Counted from the whole stretch's first letter, positions 24,703 to 36,599 are shown. The stretch is 63,906 nucleotides of DNA, filler included, from Octopus bimaculoides (GCF_001194135.2; 9 parts of 8 records of this genome joined end to end with filler, not necessarily neighbours in it), one strand, 5' to 3'. Numbers and translations: made by a program. The notes: a model not told the origin generated them from the letters alone.

Positions 24703-24852
24703 TACGGAAATTACTGAATAAATAGTTTCAGTTTCGATATACCACCTCCGAAGAATCGTCACGGACACTCGTAACAAAGTGCCGTGCAGTGGAACTGAAC
24801 CCGAAAGCACGCTAATGCAAAACGAACTTTTTAACCATAAGGCTATGTCTGC
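24703..24852 (-). mobile_element. Degenerate SINE family A head
   Basis: gtttcagtttcg...aaagtgccgtgcagtggaactgaacccgaaa...taaccataaggctatgtctgc. Confidence 0.65.
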
Positions 24853-24871
24853 ACCCATAACTAAAGATATC

Positions 24872-24975
24872 GTTTGCAGGACCCGAGTTTCTCAAGCAGC
24901 CACCCGTCCTACTATTAAACTAGGTGCAGTGGTACTTAACTTCGGTGATCTGATGAAACTGCAACTTTCAGTCGC
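24872..24975 (-). pseudogene. Decayed 5S rRNA copy or 5S-derived SINE head
   Basis: Aligns by eye to the reverse complement of invertebrate 5S rRNA: tttctcaagcagccacccgtcctactattaa and cttaacttcggtgatctgatga. Confidence 0.75.
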
Positions 24976-25092
24976 TTGCTTGCTTGCGCGCGCGCGTGTA
25001 TGTGTATTTATTAGAAGGTTTGGAAGTGATGTACAACCATCCAGATCTCTGAACACCTTATTTTTTCCGAATATATATATATATATATATAT

Positions 25093-25232
25093 CCCCAAGA
25101 CACGATGAAGGCTGGAGGATATATCAGCCGAAACGTTGTGTTAACAACAAACAATATGAGGACAAATATCCTACATTAGGTGTCTTGGGGGAAATTTTCG
25201 AACCTGGGTTCTCATTCCTAAGGTTCTGTAGC
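25093..25232. mobile_element. Solo PLE terminal-repeat pieces in inverted arrangement (same family as 55047-57835)
   Basis: + piece 25093-25171 with damaged HHR; - piece 25172-25232 is the reverse complement of ccttaggaatgagaacccaggttcgaaaatttcccccaagacacc. Confidence 0.85.
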
Positions 25233-25244
25233 ATATATATTCCA

Positions 25245-25410
25245 CACACCCCTCTTGGACGGGACGCAGGTCCATCGCAAGATTATCCATTTTTGCCAGC
25301 TGAGGGACTAGACCAACGTGATATGAAGCTTTGCTCAAAAATATAACGCATTGCCTGGTCCTGGAATCGAAACCACAAACTTACGATCACGACTGCAACT
25401 CACTAACTAC
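25245..25410 (-). mobile_element. Degenerate tRNA-SINE related to family D (V-like module)
   Basis: Minus strand ggtttcgattccagg (B box) ... gcgatggacctgcgtcccgtccaagagg. Confidence 0.6.
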
Positions 25411-25636
25411 AAAAAAAAAAAAAAAAATGAACATTTTTTTAATAGCATAAATGAGTTTATGCTATTAATGGTGAGAAAGTATTGAAAAAAAAAACTATAC
25501 TTGTCAAAGTTGGTCATGGGATATGCTAGAAACAACAGCCAAGTCACCCTTTAATCACACACTTTTACAGCTGAAAATATTTACTTTTTGGTTGTTTTTT
25601 CTTTTACCGAAAAGGCTTCTATAGTTTTTAAGTGTG

Positions 25637-25715
25637 CATCATCATCATCGTTTAACGTCTGCTTTCCATGGGTTGGACGATTTGACCGAGGACTGGCGAA
25701 CCAGATGGCTGCACC
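25637..25715 (-). mobile_element. RTE-type 3' tail fragment
   Basis: catcatcatcatcgtttaacgtctgctttcca...gaaccagatggctgcacca is the reverse complement of 54175-54262. Confidence 0.85.
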
Positions 25716-25979
25716 ATATACGTATATATTCTCCCCATTAATAACATACAGTCAACAGATAAGGGCCAGGTTCTCAATATGGAAAACACTTTGTAGCGCT
25801 CAAATGATTTAAGTTACACTTTGAAACTTTTACCGAGGACCGAGTTCATGGAGTAAAAGAGGGGCTATAAGAGAAATCCTGGTGATATTTTGACAATGAT
25901 GCAAATAAACAAATAAAACTGCTTGGGTTTCGTATGGAGAATATATATACATGTAAACAGAGAGACGATGAATATCTAA

Positions 25980-26029
<50 letters not shown>

Positions 26030-26189
26030 TAATGATGCTTAATGAGCATCTACCTGCTAGAAATAAGAGCCAAGTCTTAAATAATCCACCGTAGCGCACC
26101 AATATAACAGAGAAAAACAGTATGCGAGGAAAACAGACCGAATTAAAACATTTAACAACACAAATAAAAATATTATGCAATTACGGATA

Positions 26190-26245
26190 TCCACAAACCA
26201 GGTTTCGGCTTTTGGTTATTCAACCTTGAGTCTCGTCAGTGTGGA
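26190..26245 (-). ncRNA. Near-intact type I hammerhead ribozyme
   Basis: UCCACA | CUGACGA | GACU..GGUU-gaau-AACC..AGCC | GAA | AC-cug-GU | U | UGUGGA; one mismatch in stem II. Confidence 0.7.
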
Positions 26246-26380
26246 CCACCAGTTTAAACTCATGACTGTTCACGTTAGTCTCATATATATAAAATAAACT
26301 AACAGAAAAATAAAGGGGAGAAGGAGGTATATATTAAACGTATGGTGTTACAAGTCCGACAGCTATACATATATATATAT

Positions 26381-26803
26381 CCGCCTCTTTATGTCTTGAT
26401 AGCAGCGGAGAATGTCTTAATTAGGTACTCGTAATCTTCTACCTGCAGCTTCTTTCATGGCTGATCCTTCCTATGTTTGATGAACAAATTCTGCTGCAAA
26501 ATCTGCAAGCAGGGTTGCGGTCTGTTGTTTTCATTTCGTTTTGTTTCGAGGTCCGAGATGTTTTCTTCCTCGAGCTGTTTCATTCCTTCGTTCACTGAGG
26601 TTTACCAAGTTGTTCGGTCTTCAGTTTACTCGGCCCAAGTCTTTGCATCGATGTAACACTTGGTCAGGCTGCTCTTACGTGTCCTTAAATCTCAACTTTG
26701 GTCGTCCTTAGCTACCCTGAGCCAACTCGCCATATAACAGCTGTTTGAGAATTCTGTTGTCATCCGTCCGCTTCACATATCTAAGCCATCTTAGTCTCCT
26801 TTT
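26381..26803 (-). mobile_element. RTE-BovB-like LINE 3' end
   Basis: KRRLRWLRYVKRTDDNRILKQLLYGELAQG...GRPKLRFKD...TW...DRTTW...SRICSSNIGRISHERSC (C-terminal zinc motif). Confidence 0.85.
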
Positions 26804-26812
26804 GCACATCAA

Positions 26813-26857
<45 letters not shown>

Positions 26858-27208
26858 NNNNNNNNNNNNNNNNNNNNNNNNNNNNNNNNNNNNNNNNNNN
26901 NTTAATTAATTAANNNNNNNNNNNNNNNNNNNNNNNNNNNNNNNNNNNNNNNNNNNNGTATATATACATGCGTGTGTGTATGTAAGTTAATGTGTTTATA
27001 TTTTTGAGTATGTCATGTGTATGTATATATTCGTACAAGTTAATCCGTATGTTTATGTGCTTATATATCATTATATATGTGTTAGTATGTGTGTATGTGT
27101 GTGTGTGCGTGTATGTATGTATTCATGTATGTTTGCTTGTTCGTGTAAGTCAATTCATCAGTATATTGTGTGTGTATGTGAGTATGTATGTATATGTCGA
27201 TATGTCTA

Positions 27209-27240
<32 letters not shown>

Positions 27241-27859
27241 CATATGCCATTATATGTGTACATGTGTGTACTTCAAGCTCTTGCATATTATTACTGTATG
27301 TACGTTTCTTAATGACTTGAGAGCAGATTGAGTGCTTAAATCTGCTGGCACGTTCGTTAAAACACTTCAGCGATCAACAAATCTCAACAATTTGACACGA
27401 ATAACGAGGGAGATGTAGGAAAGCGGACAGAAGAGTGGGTACTTTAAAAGGAAGAGAAAATGGAGGGCGTTGAATAATTTAGCGTTTGCAACCAGCCATG
27501 CTTCTGTCTGTACATCTCCCAAACCTTCTAGCCAACTGCCCAACCAGCCAGATAATATTCCAGATATTCACACATACACGCGTGCATTTAACAAGAGATC
27601 AATTGATGAGGTGTCCAAACAGACAAGCAATGGTTCTTCTCGTTATCTATTGATCTAGTGATGTATCGATCTAAGTTTCCATCCTTTGATTCCTCGACCA
27701 TAGATTCATCCGGCTGTCTTTTGAATCAATCTTGCTGCAAGCTAATCGCCTACGTTTCTGTTTTCCATCCAGTGAAACACTCGCCACCAAAACGCTCCCC
27801 CTGTTTCCTCCCAATATCCCTATATCCGCCGTCCTTTTTCTCAACGCTAATCTATATCT

Positions 27860-28078
27860 TTTACTTGTTTCAGTCATTAGACTGCGGCCATGCTGGTGCG
27901 CCGCCTTGAAGATTTTTTTTTTTTTAGTCGAATGAATCGACCCCAGTGCTTACTTTATGTTAAGCCGGGTACTTATTCTATCGGGCTCTTATTACCGAAC
28001 CGCTAAGTTGCGGGGACGTAAACGCTAAAACCGATTGTCAAGCGGTGATGGTGCTGAGGACAAGCATAGACACAAACA
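27860..28078 (-). mobile_element. SINE family A, 3' part
   Basis: cttgtttcagtcattagactgcggccatgctgg...gtacttattctatcgg...gaaccgctaagttgcggggacgtaaac. Confidence 0.9.
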
Positions 28079-28120
28079 CGCACACACACATACACACACA
28101 CAGACACACACACACACATA

Positions 28121-28990
28121 CAAGCCTAAGTACCCGGCGTTGCCCAGAAGTTTAAAGAACGTTAAAGGAAATAAATGTATTTATTCTGATAAAAAATATA
28201 ATTTCAGAAAAATTCTATCAAATGACGTGAGTATGAACAAAGTTAGTAAAACAAATCGTGAAATCAATCACAGTTTAATTCTGTAGAACTTCTAAATAGA
28301 CAATGCTCTCAGTGTGTTCTTTAACTGGGATACCAATGAAAAGACTTTTGAAACTTCCAGCGAACCTCCTACATATAATTACCCATGAGAGAAGAAAGGA
28401 GAAACCAGGTTAAGTCCAAAAATCTTGAGATTTGTTTATCGACATAGCAAAACTTAGTTTCACTGGGAACTGGAGCCGTTTAAATTCAAAGGAGAGGTCA
28501 GATGGGATTAACGGGATCCGTGGAATGAAGATATTAATCGCTGACTCTAGGACATGGGATTGCATCGCTTTCGCCGCCAGCCTGTTGCCATTGCACCGGC
28601 GAAGTGGATCCAGATTCCTGAGCAGCATGACTGGGGCCTCCTTTTTAAGTGTTAAGTTGTGAGGTGACATCCCAGGTGTCTGTAGAGAGTCCAGGAACTC
28701 AGTTGGAAAGACTACAGCTTGGTCCTGATCATCGATAGTGTCGATGAATTTAAAAGACTGTTCTTGTCTTGCCAACAACCGCAAGAGATCCCAACTGATT
28801 TTGTCGACATCATCATTACGTGGAGCTAAGATGGCTCGCTCACAGAGCCATTGACTGTTGCTAATGTTTCGTGCAGTGTTTGGAAACACATGCATTTTGA
28901 GATTATTGACAGTTGGTACCATCTCGCCACAGGGTAGCTTGTGTTGCTGTTGCAATTCTCCATATCAATGATAGCAAAGTGTGTAACAAA
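28121..28990 (-). mobile_element. Helitron 3' fragment: Pif1-like helicase C-terminus and 3' terminal hairpin
   Basis: ORF: WLCERAILAPRNDDV...FPTEFLDSLQTPGMSPHNLTLKKEAPVMLLRNLDP...CNG.RL...FIPRIPLIPSDL...KRLQFPVKLSFAMSINKSQ; terminus ctgggcaacgccgggta...cttg|t. Confidence 0.9.
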
Positions 28991-29407
28991 TGAAATTAAA
29001 ATCCTAGTTCAATGACAGATCGATCAAGATAGTAATGTTTTAACGGTTTTGGTAACAACATATCCTCTCTTGTAATTGAATATTGAAAAGAGAGAAAATT
29101 CCACCCTCACTTTTGCAAGAGAAATTAAGTTAACTAGGCTCGTGTAGGGTGCATGACATCACATGTAACCCTTTTCAATGTCTAATATGTACATGTACGA
29201 CCTTTAGACCTTTATAAAGGGTAATAAGAGGGTTAAGGGGGATGCTTGGGAAAGTGAGAGGGGGTTGGAAGGGGTAAGGGGAGAAGTTTCTCAACCCCCT
29301 TCCCCTTTACTCGGGGGTAAAATTGAGAAGAGTATTGAAGAGAACTCAGCCCCATTTCTGGGAGGGGAGGCGTCGCCCCCCACTTTGCCAGCTAGTATGT
29401 AATGTTA

Positions 29408-29730
29408 GTTATCAGCATACAATATTTTTGTTTAATCTCTATCCAAATATAATTACTCGGATCTGATTTAAAATAGAAATATCCAGTGTTAATAAGCCGA
29501 GTTGCTCCAAGAATATTAAAAATAGGGAATATAAGTTATCAGCATATAATATCTTTCAATCCATATACTTACATCGGATTTAAGTGTGAAATATCAAGTT
29601 TTAATAAGGCGAGTTGCTGTAAGAATATCCAAAATATGCATTGAAAGTTTATCAAGATATAGCATTTTCTAATCCCTATCCAAGCGGAAACAGTCACATC
29701 GGATTTAAATATGAAATATCGAGTGTACTC
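29408..29730 (+). repeat. Diverged minisatellite (about 115-130-bp unit, roughly 2.5 copies)
   Basis: Repeats of ttatcagcata...cggattt...gaaatatc.agt..taataag..gagttgct..aagaatat. Confidence 0.7.
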
Positions 29731-30022
29731 TAGCTAATTTTATTAGGTCCATTCTAGGAACAATTATTTGAATAACTCATGTCGCTATATCTAACTTATG
29801 TCACAGGATTATTGAACTTGAAAATTTATAAAATTTATCGTATAAATTGAAAAATATCTTACAGTGTATATTGCCTAAAGGACCAAATGAATAAATGACT
29901 TATATCAATGTAATAAGAGTTTTCCCCGAGCGTGCGTCCGTATGAAGGCCTTTCGTTATTTAGAAACCTTACTGTTTGTTTTTATTCTGAAAATTATATA
30001 AGTTGTGTGCAACATCGAATTT

Positions 30023-30405
30023 GGAGTGGCTGTGTGGTAAGTAGCTTGTTTACCAACCACATGGTTCCAGGTTCATTCCCACTGCGTGGCACCTTGGGCA
30101 AGTGTCTTCTACTATAGTTTCGGGCCGACCAAAGCCTTGTGAGTGGATTTGGTAGGCGGAAACTGAAAGAAGCCCGTCGTATATATGTATATNNNNNNNN
30201 NNNNNNNNNNNNNNNNNNNNNNNNNNNNNNNNNNNNNNNNNNNNNNNNNNNNNNNNNNNNNNNNNNNNNNNNNNNNNNNNNTATATATGTATGTGTGTGT
30301 ATATGTATGTGTGTGTATATGTTTGTGTGTCTGTGTTTGTCCCCCAACATCGTTTGACAACCGACGCTGGTGTGTTTACGTCCCCGTAACTTAGCGGATT
30401 GGCAA
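30023..30405 (+). mobile_element. SINE family A (tRNA head, ccttgggcaag core-like motif, internal microsatellite), 3'-truncated
   Basis: ggagtggctgtgtggtaagtagcttg...ggttcattcccactgcgtggcaccttgggcaagtgtcttc... Confidence 0.93.
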
Positions 30406-30427
30406 AGCTTAAACATTTTCTCGCGCC

Positions 30428-30475
30428 GTCTCTGATGAAGGGATATATAAAATATCCGGGAAACAGTTGTAAGAC
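30428..30475 (+). ncRNA. Near-intact type I hammerhead motif
   Basis: GUCU | CUGAUGA | ag-GGAUAU-auaaa-AUAUCC | imperfect junction | GAAAC-aguu-GU | A | AGAC. Confidence 0.55.
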
Positions 30476-30568
30476 CTTCTCTTCATAAATGTTCTGAAAA
30501 CTTTCACTGGCTTGGATTTTTTTAATCTCATTCTGTTAATATATACGTACATACATACATACATACAT

Positions 30569-30601
<33 letters not shown>

Positions 30602-30609
30602 TACACACG

Positions 30610-30648
<39 letters not shown>

Positions 30649-30674
30649 CAACATATAGTTTATATTCAGAGAAA

Positions 30675-31030
30675 AAGAAGGAAAAGAAAATAGAGATTGG
30701 GAAGTTAATACTTGTTTACTATTAGCAGCAAAATTAATCATCATCCCTTACAGCTGTTTCAATTAATGCTCAGTTAATGTTGAGTAAATATTAAAGTGAC
30801 ATGACTTGAGCATAATATATTCAGAGGGATAAAAATATACCCTCGGATGCGTTTTGGGATTCATTATAGCAGACTTTGAAGATATTATGCTTAGGTCATA
30901 TAATTTTAATATTTGCTTAATATTTACTGAATGTTAAGTGAAACAGCTGTAAGGGATAATGGTTAATTTGCTGTTAATAATAAACAATTATTAAGTTCTA
31001 AGTTTCCATTTTCTTTTTCGTCTTCTTCTT
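30675..31030. mobile_element. Fold-back unit (about 145-bp arms) with a decayed HHR-stem-II-like hairpin in the spacer
   Basis: cccttacagctgtttca (left) and tgaaacagctgtaaggg (right); arms about 30675-30818 and 30882-31030; spacer gagggataaaaatataccctc resembles stem II at 30440-30457. Confidence 0.8.
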
Positions 31031-31399
31031 CTTATAAAATGTATATATCTATATATATACGCATGCGAACTTGTGTATTCATCTTTATGCGCCAGAGTGT
31101 ATGTATGTTTGTGTTTTTGTTAGTATCAGTTGAAGAGAGAATAAGAGAGGGGGAGAAAGGACAGAAAGAAAGAGAGAGAGAGAGAGAGAAATAGAGAAAG
31201 AGAGAGAGAGAAAGAAGAGAGTAAGAAAGAGAGAGATTGTATGTGTGTGTGCGTGTGTGGGGAGATTATGTTAATTGGTCAGGTCTCAGTACTAACGAGG
31301 TAGAACAGAAAATGAGAAGGAGGTTGAAGAAAAAAAAAAGAAGAGCAAGACCCCAGAAAACAAAAAAGAACAGAGAAGAGGACGTGAGCATGATTACTG

Positions 31400-31565
31400 A
31401 TTGTGGTGATGATGATGATAATGATGACGACGACGACGACGATGATGATGATGATGATGAAAGTGATGACGATGAAGAGGGTGACGATGATGATGATGAT
31501 GATAACCATAATGAATAATAATGATAATGTTGATGATAATGACAATGGTGATAATAATAATAATA

Positions 31566-31620
<55 letters not shown>

Positions 31621-31627
31621 CTAATGG

Positions 31628-31658
<31 letters not shown>

Positions 31659-31659
31659 C

Positions 31660-31745
<86 letters not shown>

Positions 31746-31755
31746 AATAATAATA

Positions 31756-31802
<47 letters not shown>

Positions 31803-31825
31803 TGATGATGATGATGATGATGATG

Positions 31826-31899
<74 letters not shown>

Positions 31900-31940
31900 G
31901 GATGATGATAATGAGGATGATGATGACAATGATGATGATT
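31400..31940. repeat. Compound (GAT)n/(AAT)n microsatellite in alternating blocks
   Basis: Direct read. Confidence 0.95.
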
Positions 31941-32180
31941 AGAAGAAGGAAAAGGAAGAGGAAGGGGAGGAGGAGAAAGAGAAGAGCGCGTAATGAAGGG
32001 AATGTAACGTAATAAATTTAACGCGAAAACGAAATCAAGTTCATTGAATGGCTCATAAACAGATTGGAGGAACCGTTGGAGTGTTGACGTTCTTAATATA
32101 TACGAGTTGGTTTTGTTTCTTTTTTCCTTGAGATGATTATCGCTCTGTCTGTTCGTGTCTGTGTGTGCGTTCGTGCGTTC

Positions 32181-32215
<35 letters not shown>

Positions 32216-33881
32216 GTGAGCATGTGTATGTGTGTATGTGATTGTCTGTGCGTGCGTGCTTATATGTATGCGTGAGTGTTTGTGTGTGTGTGTTTGTGTG
32301 AGTGTGTGTGTGTGTGTGAGTGTGTTTGTGTGTGAGTGTGTGGTGTNNNNNNNNNNNNNNNNNNNNNNNNNNNNNNNNNNNNNNNNNNNNNNNNNNNNNN
32401 NNNNNNNNNNNNNNNNNNNNNNNNNNNNNNNNNNNNNNNNNNNNNNNNNNNNNNNNNNNNNNNNNNNNNNNNNNNNNNNNNNNNNNNNNNNNNNNNNNNN
32501 NNNNNNNNNNNNNNNNNNNNNNNNNNNNNNNNNNNNNNNNNNNNNNNNNNNNNNNNNNNNNNNNNNNNNNNNNNNNNNNNNNNNNNNNNNNNNNNNNNNN
32601 NNNNNNNNNNNNNNNNNNNNNNNNNNNNNNNNNNNNNNNNNNNNNNNNNNNNNNNNNNNNNNNNNNNNNNNNNNNNNNNNNNNNNNNNNNNNNNNNNNNN
32701 NNNNNNNNNNNNNNNNNNNNNNNNNNNNNNNNNNNNNNNNNNNNNNNNNNNNNNNNNNNNNNNNNNNNNNNNNNNNNNNNNNNNNNNNNNNNNNNNNNNN
32801 NNNNNNNNNNNNNNNNNNNNNNNNNNNNNGATATGGTTCTAGATATACTACGGGTGAAAAAAATGGCTACCTTTCAAATGCTTTCGGTCATGGGTCTATC
32901 TCTATAAAGGCTAACTTAAGCTAGACTACTACTACTACGACTACTACTACTACCAACACTATGCTATAATAACCAATGCCATTACTTGTCTCCTCATGAA
33001 GTACTTCCATCGCAATTAGAACTTCCACCGTCAGATCACCAATACATCACCGACACCAATATCAGTACAGCACCACCACTATTGTTGCTGCTTCTATTGC
33101 TATGACGACCAGCACCAATACATCTTTACCTTCACGATTCCGATGTCAGCAAAACATGTAGAAGCCGTCAGGCGAAACTTAAAGTTTCAGTCAATACAAA
33201 TTTCAAACATATAAACACACACAAACATACATGCATACACATGAACACACAGACAGACAGACACTCACACACACATACAGATACAGACATATGCACACAC
33301 ATATAGTTACTGGTCCATGCAAATAGTAATGGAAATTTGAAAATGTACTGACGGTGTATTAAAAAGATTTATTTATATTAATATTAATATTAATATACTT
33401 AACCGGTTTCAAATCTCATTGATTTTCATAATTGTGGGATTTGATAGGTTAGGAGTCTTATCGCAAACTGCATACTTCTTCACCTTTGTTGAAAACATTC
33501 GTTCGTTTTAAAAGAGAGAATGTGGCATGTAGCTCATATCGCTATCAGTTAACGTACCTGAGCCCTCCACCTCCGATTATACACTCTTCTGCTTTAGAAG
33601 ACCACATTTTCATTCTCCAGCTTCCGGTCAGTTATCTTTCAACCACGCTACTATCAATATGTTTTCTCATAACTCCTTTTTCTCTTCTCTCGACTTTCTT
33701 CTCCATATCCAACGAATAACTATGCCTGAAGCGTCATATTTTTACTTTTAATTTCCCCCCCCAAAAAACTTTTATGATATTCACTATGAACATCCCTTTG
33801 ACTTTTGAACTTTTGTCGTTTTTGTGTTTGAAATCGTCGTTCGTAATAGATTTCCTTATATGTACACATATATATATATAT

Positions 33882-34205
33882 AATATTAATAAAGTAGAAG
33901 ATGAAATGTGTATTAGACTTTTACTTAGTACAACACATGTTTCGACCCATCGTTCTGGGTCTCTTCGGGTACATCAATAAAAAAAAGTTTCACTAGAGAT
34001 TTCTTGTCGCTGCTTGCTTGCGGCTATATGTCCATCAAATTAGAGAATTTGATGGACATATATCAGCAAGCAAACAGACAGAAGAAATCTATAGTGAGAC
34101 TTTTTTTTATTGATGTACCCGAAGAGATCTAGAACGATGGGTTGAAGCATGTGTTGTACTTAATTAAAGTCTGATACATATTCCATCTCCCACTTTATTA
34201 ATACT
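33882..34205. mobile_element. About 320-bp palindrome (4-nt loop at 34042-34045), each arm carrying an HHR-like motif
   Basis: Minus 33928-33972: GUAC | CCGAAGA | GACC..GGUC | GAA | AC-augu-GU | U | GUAC; plus copy 34115-34159 has extra substitutions. Confidence 0.85.
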
Positions 34206-35315
34206 ATTATCACAACTGCCACTGCGAAGTTCCTGAAGCAAATCTACGGATAACAACAGGCAACCTAAACTGTGCCAGTGCTTTACTTATCATCTAATTA
34301 TACATTTTTATACATTTTTGTATAATTTTTCCATTATATATATATATANNNNNNNNNNNNNNNNNNNNNNNNNNNNNNNNNNNNNNNNNNNNNNNNNNNN
34401 NNNNNNNNNNNNNNNNNNNNNNNNNNNNNNNNNNNNNNNNNNNNNNNNATATACACATACGAATGTATACATATGTATAAACATACATATGTCTATGCAT
34501 AAGCTTGTGTGCGTGTGTTTGTGTTTGAATGAAATTAAAAGAATATTAGAGCAATGTAAGTATACAAATATAGCGTAAAGTTCTTATATATGTGTGTGTG
34601 TGTGTGTGTGTTGGTGAAGGCGACATATATGAATAAACACATAACTAATATTTCTTAATATTTTGCAACTTACTGTCAAATACGTCACAACATGCTCTTG
34701 CTGAAGAGGTCACAGATGTGTGACAAAAGATTTCTGGACATTGGACATGAGTTAAAATAAGAACAGTAATAAACGAGTGAACAACGAATATATAGTTCAT
34801 GTGTTTATTTGACAAAATAAATAAATAAATAAATAAAATGACCATCCCGAAAGACAACAATGTCCTTTTAGTCAAAAGACACCTGTTGTTATTCTTGTTG
34901 TTTGTATTTGAAATCGTGTAACATTTTCTCCGGTTTCTCGTTTGTTTTTTGTCCGTGTTGTCGCACATATTCGCTCGCTTTCTTCCAAAAATTTAATGCC
35001 CTTAGCTTAGGTTTTTGGGGCCTACTAATTTTGAACAGTCTCAAGTGTAACAGGCCGAAACTGTAGTGATAATTGGAAGCTTACTGATGAATAGAAAGCC
35101 ACGAATGTTCCGTCCTGGTTTTTCTGTCCGTCCTTATATCGTCCATTTGTCCGTATGTTTTTATTGTCGTTCGTTACGTTTTTGTTCGGTGTTTTTAAAA
35201 AAAAATTTAATTATATATATAGTGGGTGTGTTGTAAGTAGCTTGCTTACGAACCACATGGTTCCGGGCTCATATATATATACTTTATTTAAAAGCAGCAG
35301 AAATATAACAAAAGA

Positions 35316-35381
35316 CTGTTACTCGGAGTTTCACGCTCCCGTTCATCGGACAGTTTTCTAACAAAACTGTCCGATGAACGG
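35316..35381. other. 19-bp perfect hairpin overlapping an HHR-like motif lacking stem III
   Basis: ccgttcatcggacagtttt-ctaac-aaaactgtccgatgaacgg; minus strand CUGU | CCGAUGA | ..GGAG-cgugaaa-CUCC | GAGUA | ACAG. Confidence 0.6.
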
Positions 35382-36125
35382 ACATATTACTCTACCTCTT
35401 TTTTTGAGTACTCTTTTTTTCCACCTTGTTGCACATTTTATGTGCTTACTCCGGTATATATATATATATATATNNNNNNNNNNNNNNNNNNNNNNNNNNN
35501 NNNNNNNNNNNNNNNNNNNNNNNNNNNNNNNNNNNNNNNNNNNNNNNNNNNNNNNNNNNNNNNNNNNNNNNNNNNNNNNNNNNNNNNNNNNNNNNNNNNN
35601 NNNNNNNNNNNNNNNNNNNNNNNNNNNNNNNNNNNNNNNNNNNNNNNNNNNNNNNNNNNNNNNNNNNNNNNNNNNNNNNNNNNNNNNNNNNNNNNNNNNN
35701 NNNNNNNNNNNNNNNNNNNNNNNNNNNNNNNNNNNNNNNNNNNNNNNNNNNNNNNNNNNNNNNNNNNNNNNNNNNNNNNNNNNNNNNNNNNNNNNNNNNN
35801 NNNNNNNNNNNNNNNNNNNNNNNNNNNNNNNNNNNNNNNNNNNNNNNNNNNNNNNNNNNNNNNNNNNNNNNNNNNNNNNNNNNNNNNNNNNNNNNNNNNN
35901 NNNNNNNNNNNNNNNNNNNNNNNNNNNNNNNNNNNNNNNNNNNNNNNNNNNNNNNNNNNNNNNNNNNNNNNNNNNNNNNNNNNNNNNNNNNNNNNNNNNN
36001 NNNNNNNNNNNNNNNNNNNNNNNNNNNNNNNNNNNNNNNNNNNNNNNNNNNNNNNNNNNNNNNNNNNNNNNNNNNNNNNNNNNNNNNNNNNNNNNNNNNN
36101 NNNNNNNNNNNNNNNNNNNNNNNNN

Positions 36126-36222
<97 letters not shown>

Positions 36223-36597
36223 AAGAGAGAAAGAGAGATAGAGAGAAAACATACATCATACCCCTACCTAAACACATACATATACACTCTTCGCTTCTCA
36301 TCCCTTACAGCCTCGATATCCAGGTGCCAGACATCATTGCCCTCCTACACGTTACGAAGCTTAAAAGCGATTCCAAAGTTAGATATTGACCGTTTCCACT
36401 TTGGCAGGTGCCAGGTCAAAGAACATTGGAGCAGGACGTGTACATGTGGAAGTACTTTAACGAAACCCTCTACCTAAACTAATTAACGAAATCTCCATCT
36501 AGCTTTGCCTCGCTAACTCATTTGATAAACTATCCCAGTTCAAATCAACTTGTCATCCTTTCCCTGTCATTCATTTTCACTTTTTGCCACTCTTTCA

Positions 36598-36599
<2 letters not shown>

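Noticed and set aside
24949-24975. ctgatga-a-actg...cagt as a hammerhead
   Set aside because: No GAAA; better explained as part of the reverse-strand 5S-derived sequence
36300-36520. Complex non-repeat island (also 38630-38830, 39470-39640, 27320-27850, 60300-60620) as exons
   Set aside because: Stops in candidate frames or no paired splice signals; no family recognised. RNA-seq would decide.
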